NCBI RefSeq assembly: GCF_018350175.1
Contig: NC_058371.1
Location: 121,458,001 to 121,522,000, forward strand
DNA: 64,000 nucleotides
Source: Felis catus
Lineage: Eukaryota
Direction: 5' to 3'
This document shows, piece by piece, positions 1 to 12,547 of the stretch (its first letter is position 1; each line of letters opens with the position of its first letter). A program made the position numbers and the translations under genes. Under the pieces are notes generated by a model. The model worked only from the letters and a program-made list of their open reading frames with translations, ran no database searches and had not been told where the DNA came from.

Positions 1-91
1 TTAATTAATGGCATTTCACACTTTTCCTCAGTTGGGAAAAAATGTAATCCAAAACGTAAGGCAATAACCTTCCTTTAAAATAAACCCTAGA

Positions 92-312
92 GGGGCGCCT
101 GGGTGGCGCAGTCGGTTGAGCGTCCGACTTCAGCCAGGTCACGATCTCGCGGTCCGTGAGTTCGAGCCCCGCGTCAGGCTCTGGGCTGATGGCTCAGAGC
201 CTGGAGCCTGTTTCCGATTCTGTGTCTCCCTCCCTCTCTGCCCCTCCCCTGTTCATGCTCTGTCTCTCTCTGTCCCAAAAATAAATAAACGTTGAAAAAA
301 ATAAAATAAAAT
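92..312 (+). mobile_element. SINEC_Fc (young feline Can-SINE)
   Basis: GGGGCGCCTGGGTGGCGCAG head, CT-rich body, A tail; perfect 15-bp TSD AAAATAAACCCTAGA (77-91/313-327) at a TT|AAAA site. Confidence 0.97.
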
Positions 313-469
313 AAAATAAACCCTAGAAACCAAACAAAAACAGAGTAAAATCAAGTTATGTTTCATACGCATAGTTTATGTATTGGATTTTGAAAGAATC
401 TGACCACTAACAGTGCAAGGAACTGAACTATCTTAGTATGTTAGGTGCAGGGTAGCATAATGTATTAGA

Positions 470-870
470 TTATGTAAGAGTGAAGATTTGGGAATCAAGA
501 CTGTCTACTTTCAAATCCCAGCTCTACCTCTCTCTTGCCATGTGGCCTTGACAATACGTAACCTTCTTTGCTTTGGCTTTATCATCTTTAAAATGAGAAC
601 AAAATTGGGGCGCCTGGGTGGCTCAGTTGGTTGAGCTTCCAACTTCAGCTCAGGTCATGATCTCACGGTTTGTGAGTTCGAGCCCCACGTTGGGCTCTGT
701 GCTGACAGCTCAGAGCCTGGAGCCTGCTTCGGATTCTGTCTCCTTCTCTCTCTCTGCCCCTCCCCACTTGTGCTCTGTCTCTCAAAAATAAATAAATGTT
801 AAAAAAAATTTTAAATGGGAACAAAATAGTTATCTTGTAGGAGTATTTAAAGTGGTCTGTACATCACAAG
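470..870 (+). mobile_element. MIR remnant interrupted by the SINE at 607
   Basis: tcaaatcccagctctacc...catctttaaaatgag resembles the MIR core. Confidence 0.65.
607..808 (+). mobile_element. SINEC_Fc2-type SINE
   Basis: Full head and tail; TSD AAATGRGAACAAAAT. Confidence 0.95.
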
Positions 871-1609
871 TTCTCATTAAATATTAGTTATATGGACAGA
901 ATTCCTCTTCCCACAAAGCTCACAGCCAGTGAGCTTTCAATCCAGTAGGATTGAAAAGTGTGCCATGTATGGTCCTAAGCAGCACTGTCGGTGAATGTGT
1001 GCTGTACTCTGGGAGCCAACAAGAGCGAATGAGTAATTCTACACAGAGCACTCGAAAACAGTTTCAGAGAAGAGGTGATATTTGATTCTTCTACTCAGGC
1101 TGTGTCCATTATTCAGACACATGAATTCATATGAATAATACTTATTTAATGTTCACACAATGTCTCTAATATTTAGTTACTGTCTGATTGTAAACATATG
1201 ATCAATTCCATCAAAATGGCTACAACTTCTGGTTTTAAGGACAGAAATCTGATGTGCCTTGAATAGTTTCTCATCCCTCTTACTCCTCCCTGCCCCCTCT
1301 TTTCCTCTTCTCTCTGTTCTTGTGTCCCTTTTTTTCCCTCCTACCCTTTTCCTCCTCCACAGGAAACTTACCAGCCTAGAACCTTCAGCATGGATCTAGG
1401 GTTGTATTCAAGATGTTCCTCACAAGACAAGTACGATAAGCTATTGCAGTAGATAGTTGTCATTGCTTGTCTGGCTTCTGTGTTTCTTCCTGGGAAGACA
1501 GGAGATAGAATGGGAAGTGAAATATTTTCAATGGGCCAAGTTTTATGAAAGTCTTTCCTACCACCGTGCCAGTCAAATCTGGCCTTTCTCATCACTTGAG
1601 AATTCTAGG

Positions 1610-2084
1610 GGTGGTAGGCTGAAAATATGCCCCCCAAAAGATATCCATGCCTAATCCTCAAATCTCTGGCCCCGAAACATATTACCTTACGTGATACTTA
1701 ATGTAGTTTTAAGGGGGCGATGTCCTTGCCGATGACTAAATCAAGGATTTTGAAATGGGGAGATTATCCTGGATTATCTGGGTAGGCCCTAAATGTAATC
1801 ACATGTGTCTTTGTAAAAGGGAGCTAAAGGGAGACTTTACACACACAGAGGAGTGTGACCCCAGCAGAGGTTAGTGATAGAGTCACAAGCCAAAGAGAGA
1901 CAGCAACCACCAGAAGCCACCCTGAGCCTCCACCAGAAGTATGGCCCGACTGAAACCTTCATTTCAGCCCAGTGAAACTGATTTCAATTTGTGGCATTCA
2001 GAGTTGTGAGAGAATAAAGTTCTGTTTCAAGCCACCCACCAGGTTTATGCTAATTTGTTAGAGCAGCCACAGGAAACTAATACA
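1610..2084 (+). mobile_element. MaLR solo LTR (MLT1D-like)
   Basis: gtggtaggctgaaaatatgccccc...ggagattatcctggattatc...ggaaactaataca follows the MLT1C/D consensus as recalled. Confidence 0.85.
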
Positions 2085-2796
2085 CTGGGTTTGCAAGTGG
2101 CTCTTGCCCTGTCCCATAACATGTTTTTAAACCTCCAGGCTTTCACCTTTGGAGGTTGCCAGTGCTCATAAAAAAAATGGGCATTTAGCAAAAATGTTTT
2201 TGCTGACTTTTAATCCTGAATTGCTTGCCCTTACCAACTTTATGTGGTGCAGATATTCCTACTTCTAACATTACCATTCCTTCTCCTATTTGCAGCACCC
2301 CATCTGTACATCTGTATAATCCCTGTTGGGTGTCATTTGGATTTCCCCTCGCCTATTTTGACTTTGGCCTTAGTATGTAGTTAGCCCAGCCCCTCATGCC
2401 CAACACATGCGGGGTGCATCCAACCCTAGGAGCAGGACCAGGCTTCTTTTGGATACTTTTGAATGATCTCCCGTCACCTGCTTTTTCTGATCTGGCTTAA
2501 AATCGAAACATGTTTAGATGTCAGTGTCTCTAGATCTTAACTTCCGAATCATTTTCAATTCTTCTGAAAATTGCCTTGGGCTTCAGTATCTCCAAATAGA
2601 ATCATGGCTTGCGCATTTCCAAATTAAATAAGGCCTATGGCCGGTTGAAAGTTTGTATGGCATCATATTTTCCTAACCTTCTAACTTGAAACAAAGTGAA
2701 CGAAAAACTGAAGCCTTTGTGCAATCTGTAAAGCACCTATGGTAAGCTATCCAGAATAACAATCAGCGAACCCAGCTGCAAGAATTGTACGGAATT

Positions 2797-2960
2797 GGGA
2801 CGCCTGGGTGGTTCAGTCCGTTAAGCGACCGACTTCGGCTCAGGTCACGATCTCACAGTTCATGGGTTCGAGCCCTGTGTCAGGCTCTGTGCTGACAGCT
2901 CAGAGTCTGGAGCCTGCTTCGGATTCTGTGACTCCCCCTTTCTCTCTGACCCTCCCCCAC

Positions 2961-2999
<39 letters not shown>

Positions 3000-3023
3000 A
3001 ATAAATAAACATTATTTTTTTTT
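2797..3023 (+). mobile_element. SINEC_Fc2-type SINE
   Basis: TSD AATTGTAYGGAATT; expanded (CT)n. Confidence 0.95.
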
Positions 3024-4001
3024 AATTGTATGGAATTACCTGGTTCTTTAAGGACTAGGTGGGCTCAGAGTAACCACTTCGTAACTTGTTGAATGAAGGG
3101 ATCGGCCAATGAATAACTAAATTTTAACCAAATGATTTACGTCACTGGAGTAAGTTTTTATCATCCAGATTGGGTTTTTATTAAAATTTACCGTGAAAAA
3201 TGACCCTTGTGATTTCTGCAAGGGACCACTTGAGTTCTTCAAAGATCAATATCAAGGATGAAAGGAGACCTTTTAGCGCTCACTAAAATTCTAAAGGCAG
3301 GTGTTAAAAGCAGAGAGGAAAAAACGCTTTGTGCAAGAAAAGGTGAGGCTGCTCTGAAAGGTTCAAACCATCTAATCCCATCCCCCTCTCCCCTTTACCC
3401 CACCACACATAAGTACAGTGTAGCTAAGAGGTGCTGCTGGCCTTTAATAGTCTGAGTCCTAGTAACAAATGGACCACACTGAAGAAATAACCACCTGGTT
3501 CTGTCTATATTCAGTGAATTGAAGATAACTATTCTGCTGGTTTGGAATTTGCAGAACAACCAGCTGTTTGATTATACTTTTCATTAGCAGACAGTGAATC
3601 TAGAGTCATAGAAACACATCCTGAGGCCACATCCAATGAGGTAATTACCTAAGGCAAGATGGACATCCAGAGGTGAAAACAGTAATAAATCAGGCTTAGG
3701 ATTTGGATCGAATTTCCGAATTAATTTTTTTATTGAAATTTAATAACTCCATACAGATGAGAAAACACCAGAGGAAAAAAAATGTTCTAACTATTAAAAT
3801 TATTTTGGAAAACAAAGGTGAGGAATTAAATAGGCAGGAGGAAAATTCCTTACTTAGTGGACAGTTACTCCACATTTCACTGTAAATCAAGATGGAAAAG
3901 CATGGTATGTTACCCACAGCAATAAATGCTAGCTAATTGCCATTTCCCCCAACAGTAAGGTCCTCTCAGTAAATACCAACTGTCCAAAGTTAAGTTCTTT
4001 T

Positions 4002-4206
4002 ATTTTTTTTTTAACGTTTATTTTTGAGACAGACAGAGAGAGAGAGAGAGAGAGACGGGGAGAGGCAGAGTGAGAGGCGGACAGAAGACCAAAGCAGGTC
4101 GTGCCAATAGCTGAGAGTTCACTGCAGGGCTCAAACTCACGAACCATGAGATCATGACCTGAGCCAAAGCCGGACCCTTAACCAACCGAGCCACCCAGAC
4201 ACCCCA
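4002..4206 (-). mobile_element. Can-SINE
   Basis: Reverse SINE; TSD AAAGTTAAGTTCTTTT. Confidence 0.93.
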
Positions 4207-4906
4207 AAAGTTAAGTTCTTTTAAACGAGCATTTGTTTTGCTACCAACGGCACACTAATTATAAAGAACCCAAAGTGTAGTGGCTCAGTACAGCCCTCCG
4301 TATAGACAGGTCCTTATACGTGTTCGACACCAGAATTATGAAGCTCTAGGCCAGGGTGACAGGCTCGCAGCCTCTGAACATAAATTCTGTGGTCTTCACG
4401 ATCCCAGCTTCTAAGAAGAAATAGTCACCTACTTCTTATCTCCCTTGCATTCTAAGTGCAAATTCTGGCCTTCCTTAAAGTGAATTTCCAAAGCTGATAG
4501 TGGTGTTGGAAGGACGCAAAGCCCGGCAATGGACATGTTGTCAACCGGCTTCTAACACAGCAAGACTTCAGAGCAAAGAAAAAACCCTCCGTCTGGTGTT
4601 TTCCTTCACATTCCAAAACCTGCAGATCTGAGGGTCATATGTGCAAATATTGCCTTTGACTACTTTCCATCAAAGTCCCTAATTTTTCTCTCCAGTCACA
4701 GTGGTTCTGTGTCGTTCCCTTAACAGAATTAATAGTAACAACATCCAAAATGCCTGAGGACGTCTTCAGTGATCATTTTAATTGGACTCCCTCCTCTCAG
4801 AGATGAATTACTAGTCTCCGGTCATCTAGTGAGTTTGTTGGTGGCACAGTCACAACCAGAGCTGGGATGCCCTTGAGTGATTCTGACCATCCCTCCCAGG
4901 TCTTTT

Positions 4907-5136
4907 TTTTTTTTTTTTTTTAATTTTTTTTTTCAACGTTTATTTATTTTTGGGACAGAGAGAGACAGAGCATGAACGGGGGAGGGGCAGAGAGAGAGGG
5001 AGACACAGAATCGGAAACAGGCTCCAGGCTCTGAGCCATCATCCCAGAGCCCGACGCGGGGCTCGAACTCACGGACCGTGAGATCGTGACCTGGCTGAAG
5101 TCGGACGCTTAACCGACTGCGCCACCCAGGCGCCCC
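4907..5136 (-). mobile_element. SINEC_Fc (young)
   Basis: TSD CCTCCCAGGTCTTTT; long poly(T). Confidence 0.96.
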
Positions 5137-8100
5137 CCTCCCAGGTCTTTTAAAAAGCATAATTTGTCCTTGCCCATGTGCCAGAAGCATAAGAGCCACT
5201 GAGGGAATGAACACTCCATCTCCGGAATCCGTCCAGCCCAGGTCAGCTGGCAGTCTCCCTCAGCCTCTTTAACATGGCATTTCTCCTTCCCTCGCCTCCC
5301 CTGTTTCCTAAAAATGCTCTCTCATCAGATCTTTCGCATCTCTTCCAGAATGTGGTTTCTCAATTTTTCCCTTTCTGGTCCATCACATACAGTGCCTCAG
5401 TGTTCCGCAGCCACCCTCCACCACCAGCGCCTCAACAGGCTCTGAACCCAAAGAAAGAGCTTCTCCAACACAGGAGCCTTCCCCTGCGACCTCCATCTTG
5501 TCTTACTTTCTCTTGGTTTTTTGTGAAAATATTTGCAACTGAATACAGCCGAGTTTGAGGCCTTAGTTTTACTACACAGTTTCAACAAAAATATTGGGCA
5601 CACTTGAGATGTTGATATCAGAAATTTCAAACTACTGGCCACTGTGTTCAATACCCTAGACTTTGCAGATACTTCACCTGTAAAAGAGGAATGTTGTTCG
5701 CTTCTTGCTTCTTGCGTTTGAATTAAATGCCAATGAGGTCACGATGTAAGTCAGAGAGGGCTTTTAGAAACGAACACCACTGCATCAATGATACCATTGC
5801 TGAAGGGAGCGGGGGAAATTACACAAAATCCAATAAAAAATAACACAGAAGGGCTGTCATGCCTCTAAAGAAGAATGCCTCAGGGGAAGAATAACCACAC
5901 AAACAACCCAGGTTTAATTAAAGTTCGTTCTTTGTCAGCATTGCGTCTCTAAAGTTTTCACTTCAAATACAGCAGAATGACCCAAAATGTCTTTTCTCAT
6001 TTTCATGTAATTTTCGCTCAGCTATTCTGTCGATAAGCAAACTGGGTCTTCAATCTGTTTACCCTCCCACAGTCTGACCAAGTGAAGGCTAAAAAAAAAA
6101 AAACCCACAGCATGTTTTTATCACTTCCACCCCTACCATTTTACTGCTTTGTGCAATGAACCTCATACTGGTTCTTGTCTTGATAAATGTCCCTCTCCAT
6201 CCTACACATCAACCTTTAAAACAATTTAGTCATTCTGTTCTGTAGGTGTCCTAAATTATCCGCACTCTGTTCATTTCTAAGTGATTCCCAAGCACATCTC
6301 TGCTCTTCGCCAAACTAACAACTCAAGCTATTTCTTTCACAAATATACACAAATGGTTTTGCCATATGTGACAGGCCACTCTGCCTGGCCCTGGACGGAA
6401 CAACCATGTCGATCGAGAGATCTAGAATAGAAAATTATAACGTGTGAGTTGGATAGCCTTTATTCAGTGACTAGAGTAAATGTTATTAATAACAGGATAA
6501 ATGGCTCTAGGAATTTTTTTATCTATAAAGGTTATTATAAATTACAATATGCTTTTAGTTGTACTCAGTTAAAACACCATCTATTATAGAGGATTCCTCA
6601 AACAAAATATTAAAACCACATTAAAAACACAGAACAGTGTGGCAAATGAACAGTCGCCATTTATTTCGCCTCTGCTACGTATAAAAACCAACCAATGTAA
6701 ATGTCGACTTTTTCCTGGACATTCATCCTGTAAAGCAAGTGTTATTGGCTGCATTTTATAAGATTTAGGTAGATTAAGAGGTGGCCAAAGGCCACAAAGC
6801 TGGTAAATGACAGGGTGGAGATGTGAATTATATACTCTCAGATGCTAAAACTCAGACTCTTTTAACTAAGCTCCTTACTTCCTAAAGGTGCCTAGCATCT
6901 TTGAATGAAAGAGAAGGAAGTTTGGGCAAAGAAATGACATTAGAATGTCTACTTCTTCCTAGTAAACAGCATGTAACCCTATGTCAAAACCCTGCAAACT
7001 TAAATCTCACACATTTTACAAATTCAAACATGACGTACTCTATGTGTTCGATCCTGCTTTCTTAATTCAAAGATGCGTAAATATTTAGTGGATATTTCTG
7101 CCAAACTCAAATGTAGGTTGTTGCATGGCTTAAAAAAGTCATTCTCCTTCGACTACAGTAACTATAAACGATCGATATGGATCTCAAGCCATTTAGTCTA
7201 GTGGAGGAAATTAGTGTATCTCAACTAAAGCCCAAGATGTTTCAATTCTACAGAGCCCGTTTTCTTGACTGTATGTAGATATTTTGGGCTGAGAAAGATG
7301 TACATATTTATCAAGTTTATAGAACAAATGCTTGTTCTATAAAACACACATGGGGCATTTTGGGGGATGCGCTAGATGAATGGATGGAAGGAAAATCAGG
7401 CAATGAAAACGTGAAGCTAACCAGTGTGAAGAGTTGACACTTTATGTACAATACCAGTTTCTATGAGGTAGACCGAAGAAAGTCTTGTCTAACAGACAGT
7501 TTCTAACCTAATAGACCATGAAGAAGAGCTGAATTGTTTCTCTTGGGAGCTCAGTGCTTCTCGTTGACTTATCTGGTACTCTGAGCAGTTAGACCACTGA
7601 ATTTAAAAGACTAATTTTGTCTTCAGTCTCAGAGAGATAACTATGGTGGCATTTTTTTTCTCCTCAAATTCTCACTCTGCATTTAGAAGCATAAATGTTA
7701 CCATAAACGTTCTTACAATAATGCCTCACCCGGAGAAAACAAAAACATGTTTAAGCAACCACTTTCTCTGGATCTTAAAAAACAAAAGGTGGTTTGACAC
7801 CAAAGGGACACTGAACATCTTTAGTAAGAACTGGAATTTCTCTCATGAAATTACTTACCATTTTCTTAATTGGCTGCATTTACCCTAATATGTCAAGCCC
7901 TGTATTTGAATGTTTCCTGTGACTCTTCAGAGGGACACTCTAGTAACGAGACCTATGTGTGTTGCTTTATATTTGGTGAGAGAATTGTTCTTGCTCTAAT
8001 TATATTGTAAAGGCAACGTCTTCATTAACCAAAGTGGCAGAAATAACAAAAGCATCTAATACTTATTCCACCTGGACATTCCACAAAACTGAATGACTGT

Positions 8101-8786
8101 TTTCTATTCAAAAACGCCTCTCTGGTGCATTTATTAAAATGAGCTTTCAACAGAACCATCGACTAAAGAGAGAAGGTAGCTTCAGTGGTGCTAAAGCCTG
8201 ATTTTCTCTGAGCGCCGAATAGCCTCGTAAGTATTTCAGTACAGAGAGAGCAGGGGAAGAGCATTTTGAAATTAGGAAGTATAGCAGTGTCTGTGGATTT
8301 AGTAATAGCCACAAATGACTCACATCAGTTCAGACGCAGAGAGCACTTACTGTGTGCTAGGCTATTGTCAATGCTAGTGATACAAACAAGGGGAAGGAAA
8401 AAATCTTGGAAGAGTCCATGAGGCTCCTGGATGCGATAAACATGAATAACACTTTAAGGATACAGTGGTAACAAATAAACTAGGGATGGTTATAGCTTCA
8501 CCATGGTTATATGGCTTTAATTCCTCATTTGACTGACAAGGAAACTAGAATCCAAATTCATACCTTTAATGAGAAGAACAGGTAAAATCTTCTGTTCATT
8601 GTAAGGCAAAGTCAAGCAAGTAGAGATGGACAATCGCTGGTTGCTAGCCTATTCTTGAGGAACCACCCACTCGTCCCCACATAGGCATAAATAGGAGAGG
8701 AGAGTTAAATAGCTAGCCATGAATTTGAGTTCTTAGCATCAGAATCCATTTTGCACCCTTTTTCAGCTCCATCATTGGAAAAACTA

Positions 8787-9985
8787 NNNNNNNNNNNNNN
8801 NNNNNNNNNNNNNNNNNNNNNNNNNNNNNNNNNNNNNNNNNNNNNNNNNNNNNNNNNNNNNNNNNNNNNNNNNNNNNNNNNNNNNNNNNNNNNNNNNNNN
8901 NNNNNNNNNNNNNNNNNNNNNNNNNNNNNNNNNNCTAACATTTATTGATTTCTAGATGCTTGCATGCATATAGTTCTGAAAACTTCATGGATATTTAATA
9001 TTTAAGCCTCATAGAAATTCTATAAATACTTTTTTCTTTTTTTCAACTTTATTGATGTCTAATTGACAAATAAAAATGTATGCAACATGATGCATTGTGA
9101 AAGGATTCTCTCCATTGAGTTCATCCACATCNNNNNNNNNNNNNNNNNNNNNNNNNNNNNNNNNNNNNNNNNNNNNNNNNNNNNNNNNNNNNNNNNNNNN
9201 NNNNNNNNNNNNNNNNNNNNNNNNNNNNNNNNNNNNNNNNNNNNNNNNNNNNNNNNNNNNNNNNNNNNNNNNNNNNNNNNNNNNNNNNNNNNNNNNNNNN
9301 NCCAAGTTATAATGGGATCCTCAGATCTTATGCATCTTACAACTGAAAGTTTGTACCTCTTAACCAACCTCTCTCCATTTTCCCCACCCACCCCAATCTC
9401 TGGCNNNNNNNNNNNNNNNNNNNNNNNNNNNNNNNNNNNNNNNNNNNNNNNNNNNNNNNNNNNNNNNNNNNNNNNNNNNNNNNNNNNNNNNNNNNNNNNN
9501 NNNNNNNNNNNNNNNNNNNNNNNNNNNNNNNNNNNNNNNNNNNNNNNNNNNNNNNNNNNNNNNNNNNNNNNNNNNNNNNNNNNNNNNNNNNCCNNNNNNN
9601 NNNNNNNNNNNNNNNNNNNNNNNNNNNNNNNNNNNNNNNNNNNNNNNNNNNNNNNNNNNNNNNNNNNNNNNNNNNNNNNNNNNNNNNNNNNNNNNNNNNN
9701 NNNNNNNNNNNNNNNNNNNNNNNNNNNNNNNNNNNNNNNNNNNNNNNNNNNNNNNNNNNNNNNTGATTTTATTTCTTTTGGATTCATACTCAGAAGTAAG
9801 ATTCCTGTATCATATGTAGTTCTATTTTTAACTGCTTGAGGAAACCCCACATTNNNNNNNNNNNNNNNNNNNNNNNNNNNNNNNNNNNNNNNNNNNNNNN
9901 NNNNNNNNNNNNNNNNNNNNNNNNNNNNNNNNNNNNNNNNNNNNNNNNNNNNNNNNNNNNNNNNNNNNNNNNNNNNNNNNNNNNN
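8787..9985. other. Assembly gaps (N): 8787-8934, 9132-9301, 9405-9763 (with a CC island at 9592-9593), 9853-9985
   Basis: Read directly. Further gaps at 32640-32770, 43509-43646 and 53179-53318. Confidence 0.99.
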
Positions 9986-10000
9986 TCTCATTGTGTTTTT

Positions 10001-10222
10001 GTTTTTTGTTGTTGTTTTGGGTTTTTTTTTTGATGTTTACTTATTTATTTGGAGAGAGAGAGCATGTGAGCAGGGGAGGGGTACAGAGAGAGAGAGGGAA
10101 GGAGAAACTCTCAAGCAGGCTCCACACTATCAGCGCAGAGCTCAACTCAGGGCTAGAACCCACCAACCATGAGATCATGACCTGAGCTGAAATCAAGACT
10201 GACTGAGCCACCTAAGCACCCC
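10001..10222 (-). mobile_element. Older carnivore SINEC inserted in the L1
   Basis: gctgaaatcaagac...gagccacc type head; degenerate TSD ctcatYRtgKtttt. Confidence 0.88.
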
Positions 10223-11536
10223 TCATCATGGTTTTGATTTGCATTGACCTGATAGTTAGCAATGTCAAACACCTTTCCCTGTACCTCTTGGCTATTTGTA
10301 TGTCTTCTATGGGAAAATGTTTATGCAGGTCCTTTGCCCTTTTTTAAATTGGGTTATTTGTGAGGGAATTTGCTATTGAGCTGTATGAGATTTCATGTAT
10401 TTTGGATGTTAATACCATATCAGATATGTGATTTGCAAATATTTCCCCCATTTCACAGGTTGAATTTTCATTTTGTTAATGGTTTTCTTTGCTGTGCAGC
10501 TTTTTAATTTGATTTAGTCCCACTTGTTTTCCAAAAAAATCATTGCCAATACCAATGTCAAGCAGCTTACCTTCTATGTTTTCTTCTAGGACATTTACCT
10601 TTTCAGATCTTACGTTCATGTATTTAATACATTTTAATTCGATTTTTTGTGTATGGTGTAAGACAGGGGACAGTTTCATTCTTTTTCATGTGAATAACCA
10701 ATTTTTGCAACACTGTTAATTGACGACTATCCTTTCCCTATTGCATAGTCTTGACTCCTTTGTCATAAATTAATTAACCATATACACGGGGGTTTATTTC
10801 TGTGCTCTCTATTCTGTTCCACTGATCCGTGTGTCTGTTTTTATGACAACACCACACTGTTTTGATTGCTATTGTTTTGTAATATAGTTTGAAATCAAGA
10901 AGTATGATGCCTTCAGCTTTGTTCTTTCTTATTATTTTGGCAATTTGGGGTCTTTTGTGGTTGTGTATGAATTTCAGATTGTTTTTTTTCTATTTTGGTG
11001 AAAAAGCCATTTTGAGTTTTAATAGGGGTTGCACTGAATCTTTAAATGTATGAACATTTTAACAATGCTAATTCTTCCAGTCCATGAACACAGAATATCT
11101 TTCCATTTATTTTTGGCTTCTTCAATTTATTTCAACGATGTTTTATAGTTTTCCATGTAGAGATGTTTCACCCTCGTGATTCCATTTTTCCCTTTGTATT
11201 TTATTCTTTTTGATGGCATGGAAAATGGGATTCTTTTCTTAATTTCTCTTTCTAGTAATTCGTTATTAGTATATAGAAATGCAACTGATTTTTAGGGTTT
11301 TCCTTGTTTGCTGTAGTCCCGTGGGACTTGTGAACACAAACTCCACTGGCTTTCAGAGCTAGGGGACCTAATATGAGGGCCTGTCCCTTAGGCAGCAACC
11401 TTAAAAGTTGGGGCACTAAATGTATAGTCCAAGCTTTTATACCTCAAGGAGAAGATAGGAGTTGGGGGTTCCCTCCCAACTGTATGGTGTTCTGCTGGGG
11501 ATGAGGTTTATGGCATGTCTCAGCCTTTCCTATTTC

Positions 11537-11760
11537 TTTTTTTTTTTTTAATTTTTTTAACGTTTATTTATTTTTGAGACAGAGAGAGACAGAGCATGAA
11601 CGGGGGAGGGGCAGAGAGAGAGGGAGACACAGAATCCGAAGCAGGCTTCAGGCTCTGAGCTGTCAGCACAGAGCCCGACGTGGGGCTCGAACTCACGGAC
11701 CGTGAGATCATGACCTGAGCCGAAGTCAGGCGCTTAACCGACCAAGCCACCCAGGCGCCC
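11537..11760 (-). mobile_element. SINEC_Fc2-type SINE inserted in the L1 5'UTR
   Basis: Perfect TSD CAGCCTTTCCTATTTC (11521-11536/11761-11776). Confidence 0.96.
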
Positions 11761-11940
11761 CAGCCTTTCCTATTTCAATGTGGGTCTTTCCCCAGTTGTC
11801 TGATGTGTAGGAGTGATTCAGTTGGTTTTTGGATTTCTCTCAGAAGAAGTTGCTTCATGTGTAGCTGTATATTTGGTGTGTCAGTGGGAGGAGGAAAATT
11901 CAGAAACCTCCTGTGTTGTCATCCTGACACTATGAATATC

Positions 11941-12075
11941 TAAGGTAGATACTATTATTATCCCCATTTTATAGAGGAGAAAACTAAGGCTCAGAAAAAT
12001 TATATAAATTGCCTATGGCCACTCATACAGTAAGTAAGCCAGAATTTGAATCCAAGCATTCTAATCCAGAATCCT
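11941..12075 (-). mobile_element. MIR remnant (other half lies left of 9020)
   Basis: tattattatccccattttatagaggagaaaactaaggctcaga is the reverse MIR core. Confidence 0.75.
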
Positions 12076-12093
12076 TCATGATAACCCCTACCC

Positions 12094-12308
12094 TAGTGGT
12101 TCTCAACTTGGGGTGATTTTATCCCCAAAGGATATTTGGCGATGTTGGAAGATAATTCTCACTGTCATGACTAGAGGGAGAGAACACTACAGTAGAAGTC
12201 AGGAGAAGCCAGGAATATTGCTAAACATCGTGTCATGCATAAAACATTCCTTCACAATAAAGAATTATTCAGCCCAAAATGTCAACAGAGTGGAAGTTGA
12301 AAAACCAG
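12094..12308 (+). mobile_element. MER20 hAT-Charlie MITE
   Basis: tagtggttctcaac...cccaaaatgtcaacag...gttgaaaaaccag matches MER20 end to end. Confidence 0.85.
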
Positions 12309-12484
12309 AGAGATAGAGCACAAACAGGGGAAGGGGCAGAGAGAGAAGGAGACGGAATCCGAAGCAGGCTCCAGGCTCTGAGCTGTCAGCACAGAGCCCG
12401 ACTCAAGGCTGGAATCCAAAAACCATGAGATCATGACCTGAGCTGAAGTCAGAGGCTTAACCAACTGAGCCACCCAGGCGCCCC
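12309..12484 (-). mobile_element. Can-SINE lacking its A tail
   Basis: Head at 12484; the body ends abruptly against MER20. Confidence 0.9.
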
Positions 12485-12547
12485 AAATCTGCATTTTAAT
12501 AAGAGTCTCAGGTGACTCCTCTGCACGTTGACGTTTGAGAGGCAGTG
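12485..12547. mobile_element. MER5A terminal fragment
   Basis: aatctgcattttaataag...caggtga...tttgagaggcagtg. Confidence 0.6.

Larger units (their letters stand above)
9031..11929 (-). mobile_element. Old L1 (L1MA8/9-like 3' end, ORF2 3' part, 5'UTR-like end), internally deleted, partly masked by N
   Basis: Poly(T) and 3'UTR at 9031-9400, decayed antisense ORF2 to ~11301, then L1 5'UTR-like sequence to ~11929. Confidence 0.8.

Noticed and set aside
2506-2515. p53 half-site AAACATGTTT (also near 7743)
   Set aside because: No adjacent second half-site.
8705-10033. Long ORFs in the track (e.g. 9059..9991, 310 aa), also at 32.4-32.8, 43.4-43.7 and 53.1-53.4 kb
   Set aside because: They are open only because N runs translate as X; the flanks are L1 or non-coding.
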